DNA of 63,975 nt, filler included, from an uncultured Methanoregulaceae archaeon (GTDB taxonomy: Archaea; Halobacteriota; Methanomicrobia; Methanomicrobiales; Methanospirillaceae), in the NCBI GenBank assembly GCA_964530035.1. It is 7 parts of 7 records of this genome, joined end to end, with 100 filler letters (N's around TTAATTAATTAA, not from the genome) between each part and the next. Parts side by side here need not be neighbours in the genome. Positions count along the whole stretch, not along the records: positions 1 to 10,015 come from CAZGXZ010000091.1; 6 more parts are not named here. One strand, written 5' to 3'. The notes beneath the pieces are model-generated. The model was not told the origin of the DNA and did not search any database. It worked only from the letters and a program-made list of their open reading frames with translations. Shown piece after piece: positions 1 to 10,115 of this stretch. A program made the translations under genes and the position numbers. Numbering within the stretch: the first letter of the stretch is position 1; every line of letters begins with the position of its first letter.

Positions 1-1203
1 AAACTCCTGGAGAGGTTAAGGATAACGGACAATGACACGGCAGCCCGGGTACTCTCTCTTATCGCAATGGTCAGGCACACCCTTGCCATGTATTCAAGCG
101 ATGCCTGGTTTTTTGACGATATTGGAAGACTGGAGCCGGCATATGCACTACGGAACGCAGCCAGGGCCATGGAGATCGCCAGGGACCTGGGCGGGCCTGC
201 AATCTCTCCGCTATTCGTCTCCCTTCTCTCGAAGGCCAGGGGCAACACCCCTGAATATCCTGACGGAGAGACGGTCTGGCACGAGCTGGTAGAGCCATGG
301 TCCAGGACAAATCGGGAGGTTGCACTCCATTACGCCCTGCGTGCCGTCCTCTCTGGTGAGGAGGAGGTCCCCTCGCCAGGATTTACGGTGAGCACACGCC
401 TGCAGGTCCATCTTCAGGAAGATTTTGGAGGTGTTTCAGGAGCGGGCCTTGTATCCCTCAAAGATAATCTCACCCTACAGGAAGTTCTGCAGGTTTTCGC
501 TGCGACCGCCATGCCATCTTCAGGCTGCAGGATCGTGGGGGGGGCCGGTCTTCCCTCCCCCCGGGCGGACATCCTGGCAGGAGACCTGCTTTTGGTCCTG
601 CGGCGGAATGGGACTTCATTTCCCGAAGGGTGCGATGAAATGCCTCTCACTCCGGGTGAGAAGATTGTCTTCTCGCGTGAACTCTGTGAAAAAACCTTTC
701 ATTACCTCTGGTCCCGTGCGATGGACATGGGGTTCACCTGCAAAGGGATTATAGCCGCGCAATCCTGGGAAGTACCGGCAGTCCTCAAAGAACTCTGCCT
801 GTGCCAGTTATCGGGAAAGATCCTCGCAGCATCAGCCCTTGCTCCGAAAGGGCGTGAACGGCTGGAAAACCTGAAAAAAACAGCTGACCGCCTGAAATGG
901 GACCCTGACGCTCCATACATCCGTGACATGGCGGAAGAGATGATCAACCGCCGTGCACGCGAGGTGAGGGATGACCCAGGGGATGACCTCCGCTCCGCCT
1001 CCTTCATTGCTCTCCTGGACGCCCTCGGAATGTTTGGCATACACCCCCGGCTCCGGGATGCGCAGGACATCCTCTTTCCACTCCGGGAAAAAACCGTTAC
1101 CAGGAGGGGGGGTAGGGTGAAAAACGGTACCTTTCGGGATGATGGCCTGGACCTCGTCCTCACCCGTCTCGGCATCCAGAAAGCGCGGGGAGCAGAGCAA
1201 TGA
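1..1203 (+). CDS. DUF3536-containing glycoside hydrolase family 57 protein (5' partial)
   Basis: Frame is open from position 1. MYSSDAWFFDDIGRLE..ALRNAARAME resembles the DUF3536 motif MYTSCGWFFDDISGIE. Lies directly upstream of malQ/glgP. Confidence 0.75.
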   Translation, partial: KLLERLRITDNDTAARVLSLIAMVRHTLAMYSSDAWFFDDIGRLEPAYALRNAARAMEIARDLGGPAISPLFVSLLSKARGNTPEYPDGETVWHELVEPWSRTNREVALHYALRAVLSGEEEVPSPGFTVSTRLQVHLQEDFGGVSGAGLVSLKDNLTLQEVLQVFAATAMPSSGCRIVGGAGLPSPRADILAGDLLLVLRRNGTSFPEGCDEMPLTPGEKIVFSRELCEKTFHYLWSRAMDMGFTCKGIIAAQSWEVPAVLKELCLCQLSGKILAASALAPKGRERLENLKKTADRLKWDPDAPYIRDMAEEMINRRAREVRDDPGDDLRSASFIALLDALGMFGIHPRLRDAQDILFPLREKTVTRRGGRVKNGTFRDDGLDLVLTRLGIQKARGAEQ

Positions 1204-2780
1204 ATGCCACCTCCCATGGAAGCCGTGGCACCTCTCCCCATCACCTCCGGCGGTCAGGGATCCTGCTCCACATCTCTTCACTACCCTCACCCTTTGGCAT
1301 AGGTGACCTGGGCCCGTCGGCATACTGGTTTCTCCGCCTCCTGGTACAGTCACAGCAGCAGGCATGGCAGGTCCTCCCGGTCCAGCCGGTATCGGCTGCG
1401 GCAGGGTATTCACCCTACCACACCAGTTCGGCTTTTGCAGGAAATCCCCTGCTGATAAGCCCGGAAATCCTTTTCAGTGAAGGTTACCTCACGCGCTCCG
1501 ATATTGACAGCGCTGTTGAGGTATGCATCCAGAAAAGATCGTTTGACACGACACAGTCAGTGAAGGAGAACCTCCTGGACAAGGCATCCGGCAGGTTCGC
1601 CTCTGATGATCAGACCGCATTTGATGCATTCTGCAGTGACCAGGAATCCTGGCTTTCCGATTATGCCCTTTATTGCTGCCTGAAGCGCATAAACGGCGGC
1701 TCCGCATGGTATGAATGGGAACCCGGGCTCCGCGACCGCGATTCCCGCGAGCTGGAGAGGTATTCCATCAAGCATGCTGATGATATCAGGCATGAGCAGT
1801 TCAGGCAGTTCGTCTTTTTTACCCAGTGGGAAAGATGGAAAACGGCATGTAACCACGAAGGGGTCTCAATAATCGGTGACATCCCGTTGTATGTCGCGGG
1901 CGACAGCTGCGATGTATGGTGTAACCGCTCCTTCTTCGACCTCGCCCCTGACGGGAGACCATGCAATGTATCAGGTGTCCCGCCCGACTATTTCAGTCCT
2001 ACCGGCCAGCGCTGGGGGGCACCGGTTTACCGGTGGCCTGACATGGCAGATGAGGGATATGGCTGGTGGACATCGCGGCTGCGACACCTCTCACACCTTT
2101 TCGACGAGATACGCATAGACCACTTCAGGGGTATCGAGTCGTATTACACCATACCGGCATCCGAAGAAACAGCCGTCAACGGGAAGTGGGTTCCCGGCCC
2201 GGGTGCAGACCTGCTGCGTGCCATCTCCGGGTTACACCTCCCATCACGCCTGATTGCCGAGGACCTCGGGATAATCACCGCTCCGGTGACTGCCCTTATG
2301 GAGATGTTCGGTCTCCCCGGCATGAGGGTGCTCCAGTTTGCATTCGGGGATGACCTGCCGGAAAGCCCGCATGTACCTCACAACCACCAGAAAGAGGTTT
2401 ATGTTTACACCGGGACGCACGACAACAACACGGTCCGCGGGTGGTATGAGGACGAGGCCGACGCTCCGACCAGAAAACGGCTTTCAGCCTACACCGGAGG
2501 TAAGGTGACCCTGGAAAACGTGCACAGGGAATTTATCCGTCTTGCCATGTCCTCTGTTGCTCAGACCGCGATTATCCCGTTCCAGGACCTTGCAGGGCTC
2601 CCGGGCACGGCACGGATGAATACACCAGGTACGACCTCAGGGAACTGGACGTTCAGGATCGAGAAGTATCAGTTTCCCGATGAACTCGCACGCTGGCTCG
2701 GTGAAATAACCTGTCTGTACGGAAGGGCGCACCGTACACGACGGGGTGCGGCGACAGCGCCAGCTGGACACGCTTTATAG
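1200..2780 (+). CDS. malQ: 4-alpha-glucanotransferase (amylomaltase, GH77)
   Basis: RRSGILLHISSLP, IIGDIPLYV, GVPPDYFSPTGQRWG, RIDHFRG, IAEDLG and YTGTHDNNT motifs. ATGA overlap with the upstream gene. Confidence 0.97.
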   Translation: MNATSHGSRGTSPHHLRRSGILLHISSLPSPFGIGDLGPSAYWFLRLLVQSQQQAWQVLPVQPVSAAAGYSPYHTSSAFAGNPLLISPEILFSEGYLTRSDIDSAVEVCIQKRSFDTTQSVKENLLDKASGRFASDDQTAFDAFCSDQESWLSDYALYCCLKRINGGSAWYEWEPGLRDRDSRELERYSIKHADDIRHEQFRQFVFFTQWERWKTACNHEGVSIIGDIPLYVAGDSCDVWCNRSFFDLAPDGRPCNVSGVPPDYFSPTGQRWGAPVYRWPDMADEGYGWWTSRLRHLSHLFDEIRIDHFRGIESYYTIPASEETAVNGKWVPGPGADLLRAISGLHLPSRLIAEDLGIITAPVTALMEMFGLPGMRVLQFAFGDDLPESPHVPHNHQKEVYVYTGTHDNNTVRGWYEDEADAPTRKRLSAYTGGKVTLENVHREFIRLAMSSVAQTAIIPFQDLAGLPGTARMNTPGTTSGNWTFRIEKYQFPDELARWLGEITCLYGRAHRTRRGAATAPAGHAL

Positions 2781-2809
2781 TCACCCACATCAAAACGGAA
2801 TATCAGGTC

Positions 2810-4990
2810 ATGGTTCCCGATGAGAGCGTCAAATCAGAATTTGCCCACATACCTGAGCGGATAAGCGGCCTTATAGACCTGGCCTACAACCTCTGGTGGT
2901 CATGGCACCCCGAGGCCAGGATCCTTTTCAAGCAGATTAACCAGCAGGCATGGAAGGGCTCCCTTCACAACCCGGTACTCATGCTCAGGGACATCCCTTC
3001 GGAGTACCTCCAGCGTGCAGTGCAGTCTCCCGAGTACCTCCACCGGTATGACATCATCATGCACCGTTTTGAGACTTACCTGAAGAGCAGGACCGGGTGG
3101 TTCAAGGAGCTGTACAGTGAGACCAGGCCTCTGACGATTGCGTATTTTTCAGCCGAGTACGGCCTTCACCACTCACTGCCGTTCTATGCAGGAGGGCTCG
3201 GGTTCCTGGCCGGTGACCACCTCAAGGAGTGTAGTGATCTCGGCGTGCCTATGGTTGCGGTCGGGTTCATGTATTCTGAGGGATACCTCCACCAGCATGT
3301 ACGGCCCGATGGCTGGCAGGAAAATATCACAGAAAACCTTGAGCGGGACGCCGCCCCTATCGTCAGAGTCCCGGGTACCGGGGGAGGGCAGCTTGTCATC
3401 CAGGTGCCGTTCATCGATCCGCCCATATATGCCGCGGTCTGGAAGGTTCAGGTCGGAAAAATTCCCTTGTACCTGCTGGACACCGATATTGACAGAAATA
3501 CTCCGGAGAACAGGTCCATCAGCTCGAGGCTGTACGCCTCGGACCGTGACCTTCGCCTCCGCCAGGAGGTGGTCCTCGGCATCGGTGGTTCCCATGTGCT
3601 GCATACACTCGGCATCGATTTCTCGGCAATCCACCTCAATGAAGGCCACCCGGCCTTTGCACTCCTGGAGAGGGTCCGCCAGTATGTCGATTCGGGGGTT
3701 CCGTTCACAGATGCGTTCGAACAGGTGAGGGGGACGACCGTTTTCACGACACACACACCGGTGCCCGCAGGGACCGATATATTCCCTGAAAGCCTGATGG
3801 ACCGGTATTTCGCGCATTATGTCCCCACTCTCGGTATCGACAGGACTGCGTTCATGCGTCTTGGTACCCACCCGTTCGATCCTTCTGCCGGTTTTAATAT
3901 GACCGCATTTGCCCTCCGCGGATCCGGATACCATAACGCTGTTTCACGGCGGCATGCCGAAATCGCCCGCGAGATGTGGAAGTCGCTCTGGCCCGACCTC
4001 TCCCCGGGGGATATTCCCATTGACTACATAACGAACGGCGTCCATGTCCCCACCTGGCTTGACCCGAGGATGGAGGTCCTGTTCAACAGGTACCTCTTCC
4101 CGGTCATCCCGCACTGGCAGCAGGAACATGATAACCAGGCCATCTGGGAGCTTGTCGACGAGATACCGGACAAGGAACTCTGGGACACCCATGTCTGGCT
4201 CAAGTCCAAACTCCTGAACCGTATCCGGGACAGGAAGCGGATAAAATTTGCGGAGCTCCAGGACGAACCGCTCAACCTCGTTGCCGAGGGCCTTCTCCTG
4301 AACCCTACGGTCCTCACCCTCGGGTTCGCCCGGCGGTTTTCCACCTACAAGCGGGCTGACCTTATTTTCCATGAACCTGAACGTCTGAAGAGGATCCTCA
4401 ACAACCCCCTCTGCCCGGTCCAGATCCTGTTTGCCGGCAAGGCACATTTCGCCGACGACGAGGGAAAGAGAATACTCCAGAGGATATACCGTGCTGCCCA
4501 GTCCCCGGAGTACGGCGGAAGGATCGGGTTCTTCGAGGACTATGGTGAGCAGGTCGCCCAGTATCTCGTCCATGGCGTCGATGTCTGGCTGAACAACCCG
4601 ATACCTCCTCTCGAGGCAAGCGGCACGAGCGGGATGAAGGCAGCGTTGAACGGTGTCATCAATTTAAGTATCCTTGACGGGTGGTGGCTTGAGGGGTACA
4701 ATGGTAAAAACGGCTGGGCATTCGGGGCAAATATCCCACCCGGTGACCGGACCCCGGGTGATGCCAAGGCACTCTATGACATCATCGAGCACCAGGTCGT
4801 ACCCCTCTACTACGACCTCGACCTGGACGGGATACCCCATCGGTGGGTCTCGATGATGAAGGAGTCTATCAAGTCAAACGCACCGCGTTTTTCCGCACGG
4901 AGGATGGTCAAGGAATATGTGACCATGTACTATCCATCTCTCCTCAAATGCGCGATAAATGGACAGATCCCCTGCAAAAAGGGGGATTGA
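2810..4990 (+). CDS. glgP: alpha-glucan (glycogen) phosphorylase
   Basis: LAYNLWWSW, YAGGLGFLAGD, HLNEGH, GFARRFSTYKR and the PLP-lysine motif EASGTSGMKAALNG. Confidence 0.97.
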   Translation: MVPDESVKSEFAHIPERISGLIDLAYNLWWSWHPEARILFKQINQQAWKGSLHNPVLMLRDIPSEYLQRAVQSPEYLHRYDIIMHRFETYLKSRTGWFKELYSETRPLTIAYFSAEYGLHHSLPFYAGGLGFLAGDHLKECSDLGVPMVAVGFMYSEGYLHQHVRPDGWQENITENLERDAAPIVRVPGTGGGQLVIQVPFIDPPIYAAVWKVQVGKIPLYLLDTDIDRNTPENRSISSRLYASDRDLRLRQEVVLGIGGSHVLHTLGIDFSAIHLNEGHPAFALLERVRQYVDSGVPFTDAFEQVRGTTVFTTHTPVPAGTDIFPESLMDRYFAHYVPTLGIDRTAFMRLGTHPFDPSAGFNMTAFALRGSGYHNAVSRRHAEIAREMWKSLWPDLSPGDIPIDYITNGVHVPTWLDPRMEVLFNRYLFPVIPHWQQEHDNQAIWELVDEIPDKELWDTHVWLKSKLLNRIRDRKRIKFAELQDEPLNLVAEGLLLNPTVLTLGFARRFSTYKRADLIFHEPERLKRILNNPLCPVQILFAGKAHFADDEGKRILQRIYRAAQSPEYGGRIGFFEDYGEQVAQYLVHGVDVWLNNPIPPLEASGTSGMKAALNGVINLSILDGWWLEGYNGKNGWAFGANIPPGDRTPGDAKALYDIIEHQVVPLYYDLDLDGIPHRWVSMMKESIKSNAPRFSARRMVKEYVTMYYPSLLKCAINGQIPCKKGD

Positions 4991-4994
4991 CCTG

Positions 4995-6032
4995 TCATCT
5001 CCCGAAGAAGAGCCCTGCCATCCGGTATAGTTCCAGGTCAGCCTTCCTGTTGCCGGTAACGACGTAGGAAAGAGGAATAAGCGTTATCTCATTCCCACGA
5101 AGGGCGGTCATCATGCCGTACCTCGCGTCTGACAAGGCGTCCACTGCTTTTACCCCGAATCTTGTCGCGATGATCCTGTCGTACGGGGTCGGGGAGCCAC
5201 CCCGCTGGACATGGCCCAGCACGGTGACCCGCGTCTCGACCCCCAGTCTCTGCTGGATCTCCCGCCCGACGAGGCTCCCTATCCCCATGATGCATTCATG
5301 CCCCGTTGCATCGCTCGCGGTCAGGCCGGACATGAATGCTTCCGGGTCAGCAGGGCCCGCTCCCTCAGCAACCACGACAATGGAGGATTTTCTCCCCGAG
5401 GCGTACCGTTCCTTCAGGTGGTGGCAGACCTCCGCGATATCAAACGGGACCTCGGGGACCAGGATTTCATCAGCCCCTCCCGCTATGCCGCCAATGATGG
5501 CTATCCACCCTGCATCGCGGCCCATGACCTCCACCACCATGATACGGTGATGGGACTCGGCGGTGGTGTGGAGCCGATCGATGGCATCGGTTACAATGGT
5601 AACCGCGGTATCAAAACCGACGGTCGTGTCCGTCCCGAGGATGTCGTTGTCAATGGTCTTTGGAACCGCAACGAGGGGTATGCCGACCTGCCTGTACATC
5701 ATTTCGGCTACCCTGAGCGTCCCGTCACCGCCTATTATTACGAGGGCGTCGATTCCATGCCTGCCCATGGTCTGGCGGATCCGTTCCGCATCACCTTCCT
5801 CTCTGAACGGGTCGGTCCTCGATGTCCCAAGGACGGTCCCTCCCCGAGAAATGATCCCGGCGACCGAAAACGTGGAAAATTCTTCCACATGGTCATCGAT
5901 AAGCCCCCTCCAGCCGTTTTTTATACCGGTTACCCCCCATCCGCGGGCGAAGGCCGCCCGGGTCACCGCCCTGATCACGGCATTCAGGCCCGGACAATCG
6001 CCACCACCCGTGAGGACTCCGATAGTTGTCAT
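4995..6032 (-). CDS. pfkA: 6-phosphofructokinase, PfkA family (group III-like)
   Basis: GVLTGGGDCPGLN, GGDGT, PKTIDND, TAESH, EVMGR and LGHVQRGG motifs. Confidence 0.95.
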   Translation of the reverse strand: MTTIGVLTGGGDCPGLNAVIRAVTRAAFARGWGVTGIKNGWRGLIDDHVEEFSTFSVAGIISRGGTVLGTSRTDPFREEGDAERIRQTMGRHGIDALVIIGGDGTLRVAEMMYRQVGIPLVAVPKTIDNDILGTDTTVGFDTAVTIVTDAIDRLHTTAESHHRIMVVEVMGRDAGWIAIIGGIAGGADEILVPEVPFDIAEVCHHLKERYASGRKSSIVVVAEGAGPADPEAFMSGLTASDATGHECIMGIGSLVGREIQQRLGVETRVTVLGHVQRGGSPTPYDRIIATRFGVKAVDALSDARYGMMTALRGNEITLIPLSYVVTGNRKADLELYRMAGLFFGR

Positions 6033-6958
6033 CCGGGCGTCACTCCCCGGGTATAGATCCGGTATGCCTCGTCAGGGGCAGCATCCTCGTATGTCACGGC
6101 GGCAATGGCATTGCACATACTGATGGCCTCGGCAAGCGGTTTCTGGTGGATGTTGCGGCCAGTTGCATTCCCTGCACATCCACCATCATGGATCTGGCGG
6201 TGCAGATCGGTAAGGAATTCCAGTGGGTCGGTCGCCGATCCACCTGCGCAAATCACCTTCGTCCGTCCTGCAGCCCGCACGGCCTCCTCAAGGAGGACTC
6301 CTCCGCTGACACCGGCACGTTTCGGGGAATTCACCTTTACAAAATCACTCCCCAGACAGGCGGCGACACCGGCTGCCCCGGCTATGAGGTGGGGGTCCTT
6401 TTCATCACCTACGGCATGGCCACGGGGATAAACCCACAGTATGGAGATCAGCCCGTGGCGGTGGGCGTCCCGTACCATGCAGGCGGCCTCGCGGAGCATG
6501 ACGGCTTCGTGGATGCTGCCCGGATACACCGTGTACCCGACTGCAGCCACGAGAAGACCGCTATCCCGGGTAAAATGTACCACATCCTCCACCGAGCACC
6601 ATGAAGTGCTCACAGGGTCGTGCTGCTCGGTCCTGATAAGGTGGCTTTTCCCATTGATCTTGACGAGATACGGGATGTCGGGATAATCAGCCCCGTAACG
6701 GGCGATAAGACCCATCTGGGATGCAAATACACCAATTCTCCCCCGGGCCGCGATCCTGAAGAGGTGTTCGGGGTCTGCGTCGTCGGATGATATCCCGGCC
6801 CCATAAAAATCGTCATTCAGGTGTTCGATCTTCTGGTCGCCGGCAAACAGCATGAGCCGCCCTTTCCCCTTGGTAATCAGGTCCATGTTTGCACGATACG
6901 TGGAATGCATCGACGGGGGCACGTCGAGCGGTACAGAGCCGCTGGAACCCTGGTGCAT
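6029..6958 (-). CDS. class I (DhnA-type) fructose-bisphosphate aldolase
   Basis: LFAGDQKIEH, AVGYTVYPGS, WVYPRG, LGSDFVKV (Schiff-base Lys) and GNATGRNIHQ motifs. Start placed at ATG 6958 by resemblance to homologs. Overlaps the pfkA start. Confidence 0.85.
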   Translation of the reverse strand: MHQGSSGSVPLDVPPSMHSTYRANMDLITKGKGRLMLFAGDQKIEHLNDDFYGAGISSDDADPEHLFRIAARGRIGVFASQMGLIARYGADYPDIPYLVKINGKSHLIRTEQHDPVSTSWCSVEDVVHFTRDSGLLVAAVGYTVYPGSIHEAVMLREAACMVRDAHRHGLISILWVYPRGHAVGDEKDPHLIAGAAGVAACLGSDFVKVNSPKRAGVSGGVLLEEAVRAAGRTKVICAGGSATDPLEFLTDLHRQIHDGGCAGNATGRNIHQKPLAEAISMCNAIAAVTYEDAAPDEAYRIYTRGVTPG

Positions 6959-7187
6959 ACATCCCTGATTATCATGCGCACACTTATGCGTGATCCCCGA
7001 TGAGCCATGCGTTGCTGCAAGCCGTTCCTCCTCTGCAACGTATTTATAGGGCCGTGCCAAACATAAGGTATCACAATTGTGAATATATGGTGCCGGTATG
7101 ACGGAGTGGCTACGCAGCTGACTGCAGATCAGCCCAATTCAGGTTCGAATCAGGATCCTGGCTCTTGAAAACAATATATGAGGGGCC

Positions 7188-7835
7188 ATGGACCCACGCG
7201 TACAAAAGATCTTTGAAGCACTCTTCACCCTCGAGGAGATGAGGCAGGTCTTCCGGGACTCTGTCCCGACAGGCCTGTCGGATGATGAGGAAGCGAGACT
7301 TGCAGCCAGGCTTGGCACCTTGAAGGAGCTTGTACAGGAGATCGAAACAGGGAATGGTATACCCGGGAACACGCGAATCGCCGCAGGAATCGACCTGCGT
7401 ACCCGCGAGGAGCATACGCTGAACATCCAGCCGATCCAGGCCGCCGGGAGGCTCTCGCTCGAAGCAAGGAAGGCCGTCATCAGTTATGGTGATGGTTATT
7501 CCACCTGTGACCAGTGCCGCAAGCCCTTCAGGCTCGACAAGATTACCCGCCCTGCGATTGACCAGTTTCACCTGGACCTGGCCAGGTTCGTCAACATGGA
7601 CCAGGTCCGGGTCGTACCTGGCGCCAGGAGGGGGTTTCAGGCAGTGACCCATGCTCTTATCGGGAAGGGCGAGCCTGCCATCGTGTCAGCCCTCGCTCAT
7701 TATACCGGGTTCCTCTCGGTTGAGGGGGCAGGCGGTGTCGTGAAGGAGGTGCCTCTGGATAACACGAACAGGATCACCGCGGATGCAACGGCAGAAAAAA
7801 TTGAGGAGGTAAGCCGGGAGACGGGCAGGCCTGCC
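7188..7835 (+). pseudogene. pscS: truncated O-phosphoseryl-tRNA:Cys-tRNA synthase (SepCysS with N-terminal helical extension), reading in frame into thiI
   Basis: NIQPIQAAGRL, YGDGYSTCDQC, VPGARRGF and ALAHYT are SepCysS motifs. Similarity stops after KIEEVSRETGRPA, and the PLP-lysine (SGHKS) half is absent. No stop codon before thiI. Confidence 0.75.
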
Positions 7836-7928
7836 AGGAGCGGGTTATCACCTGATGAGCAGGATGCATGGACAAACTACATCATAGGCAAGGGACGTTC
7901 ATTACATAATGCAGGAGGACCGGGAGAC

Positions 7929-9047
7929 TTGACTCATCAATACAACCTGTTCATCGTCCGTTATTCCGAGATCTTCCTCAAGTCCGAACCGGTGCGGAGA
8001 GCATGGGAAAACGCCCTCCTTGACGCGGTCCGGAAAGCAAACCCGGAGGTAGTCATAACACGGGAGAGGGGCAGGATATGGCTTTCCGGGACACTGGACC
8101 CGGAATCGCTCAAATATATCTTCGGCATCGTCTCCTTTTCACCTTGTGTCCATGTAGCCCTTCGTGAACTGGACGAGGCCATCCTTACCTATGCTGCCAA
8201 TGTTGAGATCGGGCGTTCGTCCTCCTTTTCAGTGAGGGTCAGGCGGGTTGGAAAACATGCGTTTTCCTCGCAGGAAAAGGCCGCTGAACTCGGGGGGATG
8301 ATCCTTGATGTATACCCCCGCCTGAAAGTGAATTTGACAAGGCCTGACCGGGAGATCCGCGTAGAGATTCGCGACCAGGACTGTTACCTGTACCATGAAA
8401 AGATACCTGGAGCCGGAGGTATTCCCCCGGGTGTCGAAGGGTCCCTCGTGTCGCTCATGTCAGGAGGCATTGACTCGCCCGTGGCGACCTGGATGATGAT
8501 GAAAAGGGGCTGCAGGATTATCCCCATCTATATCGCTTTGGAGTCGTTTCTTGACGAAAAAAACCTGGAGAGGTGCAGGGCTGTTGTCTCGGTGCTCCGA
8601 CGCTACCAGCCAGGGATGGAACTCCTCGTCGTCCACGATGCATATCTCGCCTGTGCAAAACCCGAGCTGAAAAAGAGAGGATATGAAAAGTATACCTGCC
8701 TCTTCTGCAAACGCCGGATGTACCGCATCGCTGAAAAGATAGCCCGGGAGCAGGCTGCCAGGGGTATCGTGACCGGTGAGGCGCTCGGCCAGGTCGCATC
8801 GCAGACCCTTGACAACCTGGAGGTACTGTCCGAGGCTGTGAACATTCCCATCTACCGGCCCCTCATCGCATATGATAAGGAAGAGGCGATCCGCGTTGCA
8901 AAGCAGATAGGGACATACAATGTTTCGATCATGAAGACAGGCGGGTGCAGGGCGGTCCCGGATATACCTGCCACGAAGGGCCGGCTGGAAAAGGTACATG
9001 AACTCGAGGCGCGGATATCTTCCACCTGCGGCCTGAATGACCCGTGA
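7929..9047 (+). CDS. thiI: tRNA 4-thiouridine synthase ThiI (THUMP + PP-loop, methanogen Fe-S type)
   Basis: IVRYSEIFLKS, PP-loop LMSGGIDSPVA, CLFCKRRM, TGEALGQVASQT and IYRPLI motifs. Candidate own TTG start at 7929 after GGAGG/GGGAGA. Forms the 3' part of the 7188..9047 ORF. Confidence 0.92.
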   Translation: MTHQYNLFIVRYSEIFLKSEPVRRAWENALLDAVRKANPEVVITRERGRIWLSGTLDPESLKYIFGIVSFSPCVHVALRELDEAILTYAANVEIGRSSSFSVRVRRVGKHAFSSQEKAAELGGMILDVYPRLKVNLTRPDREIRVEIRDQDCYLYHEKIPGAGGIPPGVEGSLVSLMSGGIDSPVATWMMMKRGCRIIPIYIALESFLDEKNLERCRAVVSVLRRYQPGMELLVVHDAYLACAKPELKKRGYEKYTCLFCKRRMYRIAEKIAREQAARGIVTGEALGQVASQTLDNLEVLSEAVNIPIYRPLIAYDKEEAIRVAKQIGTYNVSIMKTGGCRAVPDIPATKGRLEKVHELEARISSTCGLNDP

Positions 9048-10015
9048 ACCTCCTGTCAAGAAAAAGCTGTACTGGTGCGATAGCTGCAACCTCCCGGTCA
9101 TTGCACGGAGCTGCCGCTGCGGCTCGCCGCTCCGGGAGATCCTCCTCGAACAGCCCTACGATATCAGGCCAGCCCTCTCACACGACCGTGCTATCCTTGA
9201 GGGGCTCCTGAGCGAACGTTTCGGGACCGGAGGGTTGCCCAGGGTTATCCTGCTCAACAAGTCGGGAGGGCTCGATCGCACAGACACGGTCTACATCCAT
9301 GGCCACCGGTTCGGCCTCCTCACCTTCGATCCGGTCCGCCGGGTACATGAGATCGACCTGACCCAGGAGGCTGTCTCCTATCTCCTCGGCAAAGCGACCC
9401 GCGGGGTCGTGGACATCACCCGTGCAGTGGAACAGTCCGGTCTCATTGAAAAGCGGATCGGGGGAAAAAAGGTCGAAGTACAGACCGATATTACCAATGG
9501 CCCGGTCATCGTCCGGTTCAGGGACAAATATGGCTCCGGTCTCCTGAAGGAAGGGGTTGTCAGGATCAGGTCGATAGGAAGGGTGGTCCCGGTATTGCGG
9601 CCGGATCCGTCCTGGGATGATGTCATTGCGATAAATGCCGTCCACCTGAAGAACCTTGAACGCCACGCCGTCCGGTTCATCAGGCAGCACATGCATGACC
9701 GGCCGGTATGCAACATCTCATTTTCAGGCGGGAAGGACAGCACGGTCACCCTGTACCTAGCACGGAAGGCGGGGGTTAAAACCGCTTACTTCGTTGATAC
9801 AGGGCTCGAGTTTCCTGAGACCCGGGAGTTTGTCAGACAATCCGGCGTTGACGTGGTGATTACCGCACCGGACTTCTGGCCGGCTGTTGAACGGATCGGG
9901 CCGCCACACAAGGACGAACGCTGGTGCTGTAAGTACATCAAGCTCAACCCGGTCAGGCAATGGTTAAAGCCCCAGGGCAGGTGTGTCACCGTCCAGGGAA
10001 ACCGCTGGTACGAGT
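9037..10015 (+). CDS. phosphoadenosine phosphosulfate reductase-family protein (3' partial)
   Basis: N-terminal CxxC..CxC, SFSGGKDS, DTGLEFPET, RWCCKYIKL and GNRWYE motifs. Runs into the contig end. Confidence 0.85.
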
Positions 10016-10115
10016 NNNNNNNNNNNNNNNNNNNNNNNNNNNNNNNNNNNNNNNNNNNNTTAATTAATTAANNNNNNNNNNNNNNNNNNNNNNNNNNNNN
10101 NNNNNNNNNNNNNNN
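10016..10115. other. artificial contig-joining spacer (N run with TTAATTAATTAA); also at 20030-20129, 29842-29941, 39476-39575, 49080-49179 and 58520-58619
   Basis: Identical 100-nt linkers with all-frame stops. Internal contig lengths decrease monotonically (9914, 9712, 9534, 9504, 9340). Confidence 0.98.

Noticed and set aside
10016..10115. Recurrent TTAATTAATTAA motif about every 10 kb
   Set aside because: It is an artificial linker embedded in N runs. ORFs ending in 'LIN' are artefacts of it.
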